A program made the translations under genes and the position numbers. A model generated the notes under the pieces. It had not been told where the DNA came from. It did no database searches and worked only from the letters and a program-made list of their open reading frames with translations. A stretch of DNA of 64,000 nt from positions 246,897-310,896 of the forward strand of contig CAVSVK010000013.1 of assembly GCA_963731465.1 (NCBI GenBank), given 5' to 3'. Source of the stretch: an uncultured Gammaproteobacteria bacterium (lineage in GTDB: Bacteria; Pseudomonadota; Gammaproteobacteria; Steroidobacterales; Steroidobacteraceae). This document shows positions 29,225-38,767 of the stretch, piece by piece (the first letter of the stretch is position 1; every line of letters begins with the position of its first letter).

Positions 29225-30730
29225 ATGAACGACACCACCATCCAGGACCCGCGCCGCGAGCTGCAATCCATGCTGGCGTCGCGTTTGGCGCTCATCGTGG
29301 TGGAGTCGCGCGAAGAAGCACGCGTGCTCAACCTGGTGCGCGACGTAAGTCTCAAGGTGAAGGAAGGCCGCGGCTGGGGCGTGTTCCAATGGACGGTTAC
29401 CGAGGGTCTGCAGCGCATCGACGTCGATATGGGCGGCCCGCAGCGCATGCTCGCCGATCCTGAGCAGCTGCTGAAGCATCTGAAGGCCACGCCGATGCCG
29501 GGCATCTATGTGCTGCTCGATTTCCATCCCTACCTCAAAGAGCCGGTGAATGTCAGGCTGCTGAAGGACATCGCGCAGGGGTACGACCAGGTTGCCCGCA
29601 CCGTCGTGCTGATGAGCTACGAAGTGACGCTGCCGGATGAACTCGAACAATTTGCGGCACGCCTGCATCTCGCGCTGCCCACGATGAATGAGCGGCTCAT
29701 GATCATCACACGCGTCGTGCGCGAGTGGAATGCTGCGAATCCCGGCAAGCCGGCGAGCCTGGAGCGCGACGTGCTCACCAAACTCGTTGACAATCTCAAC
29801 GGTCTCACAGCTTCGGATGCGGAGCGCCTGGTGCGCCACGCGATATTCGATCATGGCGCCCTCACCGCCGCGGACCTCTCGGCGATGCTCGCCGAGAAAT
29901 ACGAACTTCTCAATCGCGGCGGCTCGCTGACGTACGAGCCGGCAACCGCCAAGTTCACCGATGTCGGCGGCATGCAAAATTTGAGGCACTGGCTGACCAG
30001 TCGCAAGCCCGCATTCGACGGCAGCGCTCCAGAACTCGATCCGCCGAAGGGGGTCTTGCTACTGGGGGTGCAGGGATGCGGCAAGAGTTTGGCGGCGCGC
30101 GCCGCTGCAGGAATCTTCGGCGTACCGCTGGTGCGCCTGGACTTCGGCGCGCTCTATACCAAGTGGCAGGGCGAGGCGGAAAAGAACCTGCGTGAGTCGC
30201 TGCACTCCGCCGAAGGGCTCTCACCCTGCGTGCTGTGGGTCGATGAAATCGAGAAGGCGCTCGCCGAGGGTGAAGGCGACAGCGGCGTGTCGCGCCGGGT
30301 GCTCGGAACCTTTCTGACCTGGCTCGCTGAGCAGCGTTCACGCATCTTCGTGGTCGCCACGGCGAATGACATCGCGGCCCTGCCGCCGGAACTTATCCGC
30401 AAGGGACGATTCGATGAAATCTTTTTTGTCGATCTGCCCGGCAAGGACGCCCGCGCGGACATCATCGCCATTCACAGCCGCAAGCGCGGCCTGACCTTGA
30501 GCCCTGCCGAGCTCGCCGCGCTCGCCGGCCGTTGCGAGAATTTCTCCGGCGCGGAGATCGAACAGGCCATCGTCGGGGCGCTGTACAGCGCGCATGCTGC
30601 GAAACAGCCGGTCACTGCCGCCATGATCGCCCAGGAGATGCAAAGCACCCGCCCTCTCGCGGTCGTCATGGCCGAAAAGGTCGCGGCCTTGCGTGAGTGG
30701 GCAGGCAGCCGCACGGTCTCGGCCGACTAG
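29225..30730 (+). CDS. Ycf46-like AAA+ ATPase
   Basis: N-terminal [14 protein letters not shown] segment, Walker [10 protein letters not shown], Walker [24 protein letters not shown]. Alternative GTG start at 29174. Confidence 0.8.
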   Translation: MNDTTIQDPRRELQSMLASRLALIVVESREEARVLNLVRDVSLKVKEGRGWGVFQWTVTEGLQRIDVDMGGPQRMLADPEQLLKHLKATPMPGIYVLLDFHPYLKEPVNVRLLKDIAQGYDQVARTVVLMSYEVTLPDELEQFAARLHLALPTMNERLMIITRVVREWNAANPGKPASLERDVLTKLVDNLNGLTASDAERLVRHAIFDHGALTAADLSAMLAEKYELLNRGGSLTYEPATAKFTDVGGMQNLRHWLTSRKPAFDGSAPELDPPKGVLLLGVQGCGKSLAARAAAGIFGVPLVRLDFGALYTKWQGEAEKNLRESLHSAEGLSPCVLWVDEIEKALAEGEGDSGVSRRVLGTFLTWLAEQRSRIFVVATANDIAALPPELIRKGRFDEIFFVDLPGKDARADIIAIHSRKRGLTLSPAELAALAGRCENFSGAEIEQAIVGALYSAHAAKQPVTAAMIAQEMQSTRPLAVVMAEKVAALREWAGSRTVSAD

Positions 30731-30854
30731 GCTGGCGGCATGGGAAGCTTCGAGGCCCGGGAGAGCAGGGCCTTGCAGCTCCGCATGCCACCAGGCGTGC
30801 GAGTTCTGCCCATATGGGGGACAATGCGCGGGACGAAGTCTTCGGGGAGTTTCA

Positions 30855-31982
30855 TTGACGCACGCGGCCATCGTCGGCTGGGGCAAATGCCTGCCGCCGC
30901 TCATTTTATCCAATCAGGACCTTGCGACCTTCCTGCCCACCGATGATGAGTGGATCACGACGCGCACGGGCATGAAAGAACGGCGCATTTCGCATGTGCC
31001 CGGCGTCGAGCTGGCCATCACGGCGGCGCGGCGCGCCATCGCCTGCGCCGGCATGTCGGGCAAAGACATCGAAATGGTGATCTACGGCAGCTGCAGCAAC
31101 GACGAGCTCGTGCCGAACAGCGCCTCCGGCGTGCAGCAGCGCATCGGCGCCACGCGGGCGGCGGCCTTCGATGTGAACACCGCCTGCACCAGTTTCATGT
31201 ATGGACTGTCGATCGGCACCGCCATGATCAAGACCGGGGTGGTCAAAAATGCCCTCATTATCGGCGTCGAGCTGATCTCGCAGTACATGGATTGGGACAA
31301 CCGCAATGTGGCGGTGCTGTTCGGCGACGGCGCGGCGGCCGTGGTGCTCAAGGAGTCGCAGAGCGAAGCCGGCGTCATCGCCGAGAAGCTGCAATGCTAT
31401 GCCGATGCCCGGCAGATATTGCGGGTGCGCGGCATGGGCACCATGTACGCCAATCTCGGCGTGCAATATGGCCAGACCAGCTGGGATTTCGACGGCCAGG
31501 AAATCTTTCGCAAGGCCGTGCAGGGCATGAGCGAGGCCAGTCTCGATGTGATGCGCCGGGCCGGCGTCACCATGGCGGACATCGGGCTGGTGGTCCCGCA
31601 TCAAGCGAACCTGCGCATCATCGACGCGGTCGCGAAGCGCGCGGGCGCGGGCCCGGACAAAGTATTTTTGACCGTACAGAAGTACGGCAACATGAGTTCG
31701 GCCACCGCACCGGTGGCGTTGGTTGAAGCCGTGGAACAGGGCCGCGTCGCACCGAACAGCCTCGTGCTGATGCCGGCGTTTGGCGGCGGCCTCACGCTGT
31801 CGGCGCATCTCATCCGCTGGGGCGAACGTTTGACGCCGCTCGAGCTGACCGATGCCGAGCTGCCGCCCACCGGCAAAACCGCGCTCGAAATCGTGAATGA
31901 GATTCGCGCGCAAAAGAAACTGGGGCAAGCGGAAGCGAGCCGCATGCAGACGTTGAGCTTTGCGGAGAACCGCGGGAGTTAG
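30855..31982 (+). CDS. Beta-ketoacyl-ACP synthase III (FabH-like) with about 50-aa C-terminal extension
   Basis: Catalytic triad contexts NTACTSF (Cys), VPHQANLRI (His), YGNMSSAT (Asn). TTG start at 30855 is preceded by GGGGAG 5 nt upstream. Confidence 0.85.
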   Translation: MTHAAIVGWGKCLPPLILSNQDLATFLPTDDEWITTRTGMKERRISHVPGVELAITAARRAIACAGMSGKDIEMVIYGSCSNDELVPNSASGVQQRIGATRAAAFDVNTACTSFMYGLSIGTAMIKTGVVKNALIIGVELISQYMDWDNRNVAVLFGDGAAAVVLKESQSEAGVIAEKLQCYADARQILRVRGMGTMYANLGVQYGQTSWDFDGQEIFRKAVQGMSEASLDVMRRAGVTMADIGLVVPHQANLRIIDAVAKRAGAGPDKVFLTVQKYGNMSSATAPVALVEAVEQGRVAPNSLVLMPAFGGGLTLSAHLIRWGERLTPLELTDAELPPTGKTALEIVNEIRAQKKLGQAEASRMQTLSFAENRGS

Positions 31983-32036
31983 CCTGGGCGCCGATATCAG
32001 TCAAACTAGGGCTGACTCAAGACAAGGGGATTTCTC

Positions 32037-33563
32037 ATGAGTGATTCAAGCGGACCTTTGAGCCGGCGCGACCTGCTGCAAGGCGCGTTGTCGGGTGCGG
32101 TGTTATTCACCGTCCCGGCCGCGGCGCTGGCGGCAGCCGACGCTGACCGGGACAAGGCGGCGGTGCTGGCGCAGATTCCGAAAATGCATGCGGAGAACGT
32201 GAAGCGCCTGCAGGGTTGGATTGCACTGCCTTCCATTGCGGCCGAAAACCGCAACTACCCGCAAGGCGCCGAGTACATGGCGAAGCTGGCCTCGGATGCC
32301 GGATTCACCGGCGTGAAAATCATCCCGACCTCCGGGAAGCCCGGCGTTTTCGGCCGATTGGATGCCGGCGCGAAGACGACGGTCGCGGTCTATTTCATGT
32401 ATGACGTGAAACAGTTCGTTCCCGAAGAGTGGAGTTCGCCGCCGCTCGAGGGCCGGTTGGTGGAGAAGCCGGGTTTGGGCACGGTGTGCATGGGGCGCGG
32501 CGCGGTGAATCAAAAAGGCCCGCAGAATTCCTTCTTGAGCGCGCTCATGGCGTTCAAGGCGACGGGCAAACAATTGCCGGTCAATCTCGTCTTGGTGTGC
32601 GAAGGCGAAGAAGAGATTGCCTCGCCGCACTTCGGCGAGATCGTAAACAGCCCGGACGTGTTTCCGCACATGAAGGGGTGCGTCGGCGTGCTGTTGCCGG
32701 ATGCCAGTCAAGACACCGACGGCAGCGTGCAAGTGGCTGCGGGTGCGAAAGGCGTGGTCGAGCTGGAGTTGGTCTCGGATGGCGCCACCTGGGGACGAGG
32801 ACCCAAAAAGGATATTCACTCAAGCCTCGAGGCGCAGGTGGATTCGCCGTCCTGGCACCTGGTGCAGGCGCTCAACACCTTGGTCGAGAAAGACGGCCAT
32901 ACGCCGGCGGTCGAAGGATTCTTCGAGAAGGTCAAACCCCTGTCCGAGAGCCAAAAGAAATTGGTGCTGGCCTATGCGAAGGCCGTGCCTGAAGCCACGA
33001 TCAAGTCTGAATTTGGCGTCGAGCATTGGGTGCATGATCTGAATTGGCAGGACTCGCTGCTGCGCCTATTTTCCCAGCCCACGATCAACATCGAGGGTCT
33101 GGTCGGCGGCTACACTGGACCCGGCGGCAAAACCGTGCTGCCGCACAAGGCCGTCGCCAAGATCGACATGCGTCTGGTGCCCGACATGACCGCCGCGGAC
33201 ACGCTGGCCAAGCTCAAGGCGCACCTTAAGAAGCACGGCTTTGGCGATATTCAGGTGAATATGAGCGGCGGCTACGATCCCACGCAGACCGATCCTGACA
33301 GCAAGTTCTTCAAGGCGGTGGTCGCGACTTTCAATCGGCTGGGATCTCCGCCGCTGGTGGTGCCGCGGAGTCCCGGGTCCTGGCCCGGCTATCGGTTCAC
33401 CAGCCCGCCTTTGAGTTTACCGGCGACTGATTTCGGCCTGGGTCATGGCACCGGGGCGCACGCTCCGGATGAGTACTACCTGATCGACTCGAAGAATCCC
33501 AAAATCAAGGGACTGGATGGCGCGAGCGCGTCGTTCGTCGAGTTTTTGTACGCGATAGCTTGA
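32037..33563 (+). CDS. Tat-exported M20/M25/M40-family metallopeptidase (paralog A)
   Basis: Twin-arginine leader SRRDLLQGAL. M20 blocks WIALPSIAAENRN, FMYDVKQF, CEGEEEIASPHF. Confidence 0.85.
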   Translation: MSDSSGPLSRRDLLQGALSGAVLFTVPAAALAAADADRDKAAVLAQIPKMHAENVKRLQGWIALPSIAAENRNYPQGAEYMAKLASDAGFTGVKIIPTSGKPGVFGRLDAGAKTTVAVYFMYDVKQFVPEEWSSPPLEGRLVEKPGLGTVCMGRGAVNQKGPQNSFLSALMAFKATGKQLPVNLVLVCEGEEEIASPHFGEIVNSPDVFPHMKGCVGVLLPDASQDTDGSVQVAAGAKGVVELELVSDGATWGRGPKKDIHSSLEAQVDSPSWHLVQALNTLVEKDGHTPAVEGFFEKVKPLSESQKKLVLAYAKAVPEATIKSEFGVEHWVHDLNWQDSLLRLFSQPTINIEGLVGGYTGPGGKTVLPHKAVAKIDMRLVPDMTAADTLAKLKAHLKKHGFGDIQVNMSGGYDPTQTDPDSKFFKAVVATFNRLGSPPLVVPRSPGSWPGYRFTSPPLSLPATDFGLGHGTGAHAPDEYYLIDSKNPKIKGLDGASASFVEFLYAIA

Positions 33564-35080
33564 GTCTTGACACGCTCACCGATGAGGAGGTACGCATCTG
33601 CATGCGCGTCCTGCGGCTCATCGAGGCCGATCGATCCCACCTCACTGCGTTGAGCCAGGAGCAGCGGCGCGAACTCTTGATGCTCGCCGGGTTGGTCACC
33701 AAGCCCGAGCGGCACGATGTTTCCCGAATGCTGAAGGGATTTCGGCGCGCCAAGCGTCAAAATTCTCAGGCGCATGACCGCAGCCTGATTGAGCGCGCGG
33801 GCCTGCGCGTGCAGCGGCGCTCAAAAGTCTACGCGCCGCTGTGGCTGGAGCGGCCAAAGCCCGAGGCTCAAAGCCCCGCTCCCGAATTCCATCAAGAGCG
33901 CAATTGCTACGTCTGCAAGCAGCCCTTCGTGAAGCTGCATCGCTACTACGACTCGATGTGCGAGGCGTGCGGCGAATTCAACTACGCCAAGCGCGAGCAG
34001 ACGGCCGATCTTACGGGTCATTACGCGCTCATCACCGGTGCGCGCGTCAAGATCGGCTTTCAGGCTTCATTGAAGCTGCTGCGCGCCGGCGCACAGGTGA
34101 TTGTCACCACCCGCTTTCCGGTCGATGCCATCGAGCGGTACTCGAAGGAATGCGACTTTGGCGCATTTCGCGAGCGCCTGGAAATTCATGGACTGGATCT
34201 GCGCCACACGCCGAGCGTCGAGTTGTTCACGCAATTCTTGCTGGAGCGGCTGCCGCGCCTGGATTATCTACTGAATAATGCCTGCCAGACCGTGCGCCGG
34301 CCGGCGGGATTCTTCGAACATCTGCTCGCGCGGGAAGACGCGCCGCTCGACGCGTTGCCCGATGCGTGGCGCCGGCCGCTTGCCGGCCATGGAGATTTGC
34401 GCCGGCGCATCGAGGGATCGCAGACGCCGGCGCCGGGCGCTCTGGTCGCCGCGGCGCGGGGCCTGCACGGCGAGGGGCTGCTGCACAGCGCGGCGCTGTC
34501 GCAGCGGCGCTATCTGGATGAGGACTATCAGGGCGACGAAGCGCTGTTTCCTTTGGGTCGCTACGATGAGGACTTGCAGCAAGTGGACTTGCGCGAGGTG
34601 AACAGCTGGCGGTTGCGCATGCACGAGGTCAAAACGCCGGAATTGCTCGAGGTGCAATTGGTGAATGCCATCGCGCCCTACGTGCTCAACGCGCGGCTAA
34701 AGCCGCTCATGCTGCGCACTGCAGGGCGCCACAAGCATGTGGTGAATGTCAGTGCAGTCGAGGGGCAATTTTATCGCAGCACCAAGACCGACAAGCATCC
34801 GCATACCAACATGGCAAAGGCGGCGCTCAACATGATGACGCGCACCAGCGCGCCGGATTTCGTCAAGGACGGCATCCATATGAACGCGGTCGACACCGGC
34901 TGGGTGACCGATGAAGACCCAGCCGCGCATGCGGCACGCAAGGCGAACCTGGGATTCGCCCCGCCGCTGGACATCATCGATGGCGCGGCCCGAATCGTCG
35001 ATCCCATATTCAGCGGTCACTTGAGCGGCGAGCATGTATGGGGACAATTCTTAAAGGACTACAAGCCGGCGCCGTGGTGA
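33560..35080 (+). CDS. SDR-family oxidoreductase with N-terminal helical region and CxxC-X14-CxxC zinc ribbon
   Basis: CYVCKQPFVKLHRYYDSMCEAC precedes the Rossmann motif ALITGARVKIG; later NNAC and the HTNMAKAAL region. TTGA overlap with the M20 gene (alternative ATG at 33602). Confidence 0.75.
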   Translation: MSLDTLTDEEVRICMRVLRLIEADRSHLTALSQEQRRELLMLAGLVTKPERHDVSRMLKGFRRAKRQNSQAHDRSLIERAGLRVQRRSKVYAPLWLERPKPEAQSPAPEFHQERNCYVCKQPFVKLHRYYDSMCEACGEFNYAKREQTADLTGHYALITGARVKIGFQASLKLLRAGAQVIVTTRFPVDAIERYSKECDFGAFRERLEIHGLDLRHTPSVELFTQFLLERLPRLDYLLNNACQTVRRPAGFFEHLLAREDAPLDALPDAWRRPLAGHGDLRRRIEGSQTPAPGALVAAARGLHGEGLLHSAALSQRRYLDEDYQGDEALFPLGRYDEDLQQVDLREVNSWRLRMHEVKTPELLEVQLVNAIAPYVLNARLKPLMLRTAGRHKHVVNVSAVEGQFYRSTKTDKHPHTNMAKAALNMMTRTSAPDFVKDGIHMNAVDTGWVTDEDPAAHAARKANLGFAPPLDIIDGAARIVDPIFSGHLSGEHVWGQFLKDYKPAPW

Positions 35081-35104
35081 TCAACAGCCGCTGCGCGTAA
35101 GCTG

Positions 35105-35695
35105 ATGACAATGGTTCGAGCTGCTGTTTCCGCACTTGTAGTCGCCGCCGTGGTGTCCGGATGCGCAGCGCCGCGTCCTGCCCCAGTCGCCGAGCCGCAG
35201 CCGGCCGCGGTGCCGCGTCCGGCGACGATTACTCCCGAGCCTGTCCCGCCGCCCGCACCCGCGCCACGCAAGCCCGTGTCTGCTCCGCCTGCCAGCCGCC
35301 CGCTCCCAAAAACCGGCGCGTCCGGCGCGACCCAGCCCAAACCGGCGGCGCAAACGCCCACGCCGGCGGCAAAACCTGCAGCGGAATCCGCCAAGGCGCC
35401 GACACTTGATTTGGGTTCACTCGAACAACGCTTGAAGGACACCAAGGCGATCGGCGTGTTCACGAAACTTTCGCTGAAAAACCAGGTGGATGACCTGCTC
35501 GGCGAGCTGCGCGCATTTCACCAGGGCTCGGCCAAAACGCCGGCGGCAGCGCTGCGACAAAAATATGATACGTTGATAATCAAGGTGCTGTCGCTGCTAC
35601 AAAACGGTGATCCGCAACTCGCAGCGGCGATAGCCTCATCGCGGGAAGCCCTGTGGGGAATACTGATGGATCCGCAGAAATTTTCACAAATCTAG
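35105..35695 (+). CDS. Proline-rich lipoprotein, hypothetical
   Basis: Lipobox VVSGC, Pro/Ala-rich linker, helical C-terminal domain. Confidence 0.6.
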   Translation: MTMVRAAVSALVVAAVVSGCAAPRPAPVAEPQPAAVPRPATITPEPVPPPAPAPRKPVSAPPASRPLPKTGASGATQPKPAAQTPTPAAKPAAESAKAPTLDLGSLEQRLKDTKAIGVFTKLSLKNQVDDLLGELRAFHQGSAKTPAAALRQKYDTLIIKVLSLLQNGDPQLAAAIASSREALWGILMDPQKFSQI

Positions 35696-35711
35696 GATCG
35701 AAGGAGGCATT

Positions 35712-35957
35712 GTGAGCGCGCGAATATTTTATTGCATATCGGTCATGTTGGCCGTGAGCGCAGGCTCGGCATCGGCCGCCGGTCCATCATCGGGCCAGGA
35801 CTTGCAAGCGACCATCGTGCTCAACGGTCAGACGTGCGACCAGGTTGTCAGCGTGAAACGCAATGCAGACAGCGACTATGTCGCAACGTGCAAGGACGGC
35901 AATCGCTACCGTGTGTTCGTCAACCCCCAGGGGCGGGTCGTCGTCCAGAAATTGTAG
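35712..35957 (+). CDS. Small secreted hypothetical protein
   Basis: GTG start, signal peptide ending SASAAG, two Cys in an approximately 55-aa mature domain. Confidence 0.5.
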   Translation: MSARIFYCISVMLAVSAGSASAAGPSSGQDLQATIVLNGQTCDQVVSVKRNADSDYVATCKDGNRYRVFVNPQGRVVVQKL

Positions 35958-36007
35958 CGTCGGGCATGGATGCAACCAAGCGTGACCGACCGCGGCTCAT
36001 AACGGAC

Positions 36008-36037
36008 ACCCCGACTGAAGTCGGGGTTTCCGTTGTT
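36008..36037 (+). terminator. Rho-independent terminator after the M20-SDR-lipoprotein operon
   Basis: Stem ACCCCGAC (36008-36015), loop TGAA, stem GTCGGGGT (36020-36027), then TTCCGTTGTT. Confidence 0.6.
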
Positions 36038-36080
36038 GCGAATCTGCGCAACTGATTCTGCGCGGCGCAGCGCAGCGATC

Positions 36081-36518
36081 TTACTTGGCCGGTGCCGCCT
36101 TGGTCTTCAATTCAACCAAGATCAACTCGAACGGCTTGTCGCCGACGTTCTCGGGCAGGTGCTTGCCGGCGTCCGTCCATTGAGCTACTCCGGCCTTTAC
36201 CGGGGCGTCCTGAGTCTTTCCATCCGGCGTCGTAAATTTTGCCTGACCGTCGGTCAGAAACACCGCCACGCTCGCCGGGTGGTAGTGCATCACTGACTTT
36301 TCGTGAGGGCCGTAGGTAATGCGCAGTACCCGCACTTTGTCATTCTCGAACTCCACCTTGTAGTGCTTGGCGTCGACCTTGACGGGATCCGGATTCTCGG
36401 CAGATGCCGTTGCAGCGGCCAGCAGGCCGCTGCCGCCGAGAACCATCACGCTGATGGCAAGAAATAGCGTGCGCGCGCCGCCAATACCGGCCTGGCGCCG
36501 AAAATTTAAATCGTACAT
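36081..36518 (-). CDS. Secreted cupin-domain protein
   Basis: Signal peptide. HYKVEFENDKVRVLRITYGPHEKSVMHYHP cupin-like strand pattern. Confidence 0.7.
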   Translation of the reverse strand: MYDLNFRRQAGIGGARTLFLAISVMVLGGSGLLAAATASAENPDPVKVDAKHYKVEFENDKVRVLRITYGPHEKSVMHYHPASVAVFLTDGQAKFTTPDGKTQDAPVKAGVAQWTDAGKHLPENVGDKPFELILVELKTKAAPAK

Positions 36519-36742
36519 AGATAGATCTCCCTGGTTTGAGAATGGCCGCGCGGATTACAGGCGCGTAGGCCGGTAGTGCCCGCTGGGCCTTGTTATTATT
36601 TCAACCGCTTGGATCGTCCGCATCGCATGATGCCTTGCGGACGAAATCTCCGCGGCGAGTTCCGTATACGCCTATTTTCTCCGGCGCGCCACCTGCGTCG
36701 ATTTACGGAGCGGAAGCAGCGCGAGGATCTTGGCGCTTAAGA

Positions 36743-38302
36743 TTACACCGCGGCCAACGCATACAGGTGCATGACATACGACAGTGTCGCATCCGCCATG
36801 CCCTGCACCCTGGGATTGCTGGACTCGATGACGTAGTACTCGTCCGGCGCGTGCGCCCGGCTGCCGTGGCCCGTGCCGAAGTGGCCGGCGGGCAAGCTCA
36901 CCGGCGGTCCGGTAAAGATATAGCCGGGCCAGGAACCGGCGAGGCGCGGCGATAAGCTCACCGACATGCCGAGTTGCTTGTAGACCGAGGTCGAGGCCTT
37001 GATCAGCGAGGAATTTTCATCGGTCTGGGTCGGATCGTAGCCGCCCGTGACTTTGACTTCGATATCGCCGTAGCCACGCTTGGCCAAATGCGCTTTGAGC
37101 TTGGCTTCGCAATCGGCGGCGGTCTGGTCCGGCACCAAGCGTAGATCCAGCTTCGCGGTGGCCTTCGAGGGCAGGATGGTTTTCCCACCCGGGCCGGTGT
37201 AGCCGGCATACATGCCTTCGATGTTGACCGTCGGTTGCGAGGCGAGCCTTTCCAACGCGTCGCGATACGAAAGATCCCGGACCCAGTGCTGCACACCCAG
37301 CAGCTTTTTGACGTCCGCTTCGTTGGTGTGCGCGACCTGTTCTGCGATGAGCTCCTTCTGGCGTGCGGTCAAGGGCTTCACATGCTCAAACCAACCGTCG
37401 ATTGCCGGGTCATTGCCGTCTTCGGACACCAGGGTTGAGAGCGCCTTGACCATGTGCCACACGGCGCTGTCGAGTTCGGCCTTGTAGCTGGAGTGAATAT
37501 CATCCTTGGAGCCGCGGCCCCATTTCTCGGTCGAGGCCACCAGTTCCACTTCCACCGCACCCTTGGCGCCGAGTGCAATCTGCACCGATCCCTGCGGCGA
37601 CTGCGACGCGAATGGCATGAACACCTCATGGCATTTGGACAAGGCCTTCAACACCTCCGGTTGATGCACCACCTGGGCGAAATGAGGCGAGGCAATTTCC
37701 TCTTCTCCTTCAGCCACCAGCACGATATTCACCGGCAGCTTGCGCCCGGCGGCCTTGAGCGCATGCAGCGCGGCGAGAAACGTAGCCTCGGGTCCCTTTT
37801 GGTTGGTGGCGCCGCGCCCGATCATGACCTTGCCGAAGGGCGGCCGGTCGACGATGGCGGCGTCCAGCGGCGGCGAGCTCCACTCCTTGGGGTCGAACTG
37901 CTTGACGTCGTACATGAAGTACATGCCGACGGTGCGGGGCGCGCCCGCGTCCAAGGTCGCAAACACGCCGGGCTGGCCATCGGTGGGCATCACTTTCGCG
38001 CTTTGAAAGCCGGCATCCTTCAGGAGCGCGATCATCATTTGCACGCCCTCCTGCATGTTGCGGTTCTCCGCGGCGATCGACGGCAGCGCGATCCAGTCTT
38101 GCAGGCGCTTGATGGCCTCGGGCCGCTGCTTTTCGATCGCTGCGCGCACGGCGTTCAGATCACCGCCATATGTCGTTTTGGAGTTGCCGGCTGCGCCGAA
38201 AATCATTCGCGGCATGATCAGCGTGGCGCCCGCCGCCGCTGCCGTCAGCAGCAAACCGCGTCTTTGCTTGTTCTCAAGGTCCCAATCGTGCATTTCTCGC
38301 AT
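36743..38302 (-). CDS. Tat-exported M20/M25/M40-family metallopeptidase (paralog B)
   Basis: Leader QRRGLLLTAAAAGA. Same conserved blocks as 32037-33563 (WIALPSIAAENRN, FMYDVKQF, AEGEEEIASPHF). Confidence 0.85.
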   Translation of the reverse strand: MREMHDWDLENKQRRGLLLTAAAAGATLIMPRMIFGAAGNSKTTYGGDLNAVRAAIEKQRPEAIKRLQDWIALPSIAAENRNMQEGVQMMIALLKDAGFQSAKVMPTDGQPGVFATLDAGAPRTVGMYFMYDVKQFDPKEWSSPPLDAAIVDRPPFGKVMIGRGATNQKGPEATFLAALHALKAAGRKLPVNIVLVAEGEEEIASPHFAQVVHQPEVLKALSKCHEVFMPFASQSPQGSVQIALGAKGAVEVELVASTEKWGRGSKDDIHSSYKAELDSAVWHMVKALSTLVSEDGNDPAIDGWFEHVKPLTARQKELIAEQVAHTNEADVKKLLGVQHWVRDLSYRDALERLASQPTVNIEGMYAGYTGPGGKTILPSKATAKLDLRLVPDQTAADCEAKLKAHLAKRGYGDIEVKVTGGYDPTQTDENSSLIKASTSVYKQLGMSVSLSPRLAGSWPGYIFTGPPVSLPAGHFGTGHGSRAHAPDEYYVIESSNPRVQGMADATLSYVMHLYALAAV

Positions 38303-38341
38303 CCCGTGTTGTTATCGTTACCGGGTGCCGTTATAGCAGCT

Positions 38342-38767
38342 TCAGTGCGATTGCGTCTCCGGCGCGGCGTTGGAGTAACGCTTGACATCAGCCGCGACGT
38401 GCGTCGATGCAACGGGCTTGGCGGACAACTTCGCCTCGATCGCGCTGATCTTGGCGACAACGCCGGGCATATTTGGCGCAAGAGCGGCGACGCGCTGGTA
38501 GGACTTCAGCGCATCCTTGGGGCGATTCGCGCGAAGCTGCGCGTCGCCCAGGGCAAAGAGCAGCGAGGGATCACTGGGTCTCCAGCGAATGGCGTCATAG
38601 CAGGCGTCTATCCTGCCTGCACGGCAGCGCTCGAAGTCCGCATTGAGATTGGGTCCGGCTGCAACTTGAATCGCCGCGGCGGGCGGTGCCGCCGCCCAGG
38701 ACGGCAGCGCCCCAGAGACGAGCAGGCAGGCGGCGGCGCACCCGGCCATCCAGGTCGCGCGCCTCAT
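38342..38767 (-). CDS. Periplasmic TPR-like protein
   Basis: Start at MRRATWMAGCAAACLLVSGALPSWA (signal peptide), forming an ATGA overlap with the stop of the upstream gene. One or two TPR-like helices (LLFALGDAQLRANRPKDALKSYQRVAALAP). Confidence 0.6.
   Translation of the reverse strand: MRRATWMAGCAAACLLVSGALPSWAAAPPAAAIQVAAGPNLNADFERCRAGRIDACYDAIRWRPSDPSLLFALGDAQLRANRPKDALKSYQRVAALAPNMPGVVAKISAIEAKLSAKPVASTHVAADVKRYSNAAPETQSH

Noticed and set aside
30693-30854. 5' extension of the FabH-like ORF, overlapping the end of the AAA+ gene
   Set aside because: The extension is not FabH-like. The TTG at 30855 has a good GGGGAG Shine-Dalgarno and gives the usual N-terminus just before the first beta-strand (AAIVGWGKCLP).
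36616-36642. Hairpin GTCCGCA-N13-TGCGGAC downstream of M20 paralog B
   Set aside because: There is no U-tract on the relevant (minus) strand, and the loop is long.
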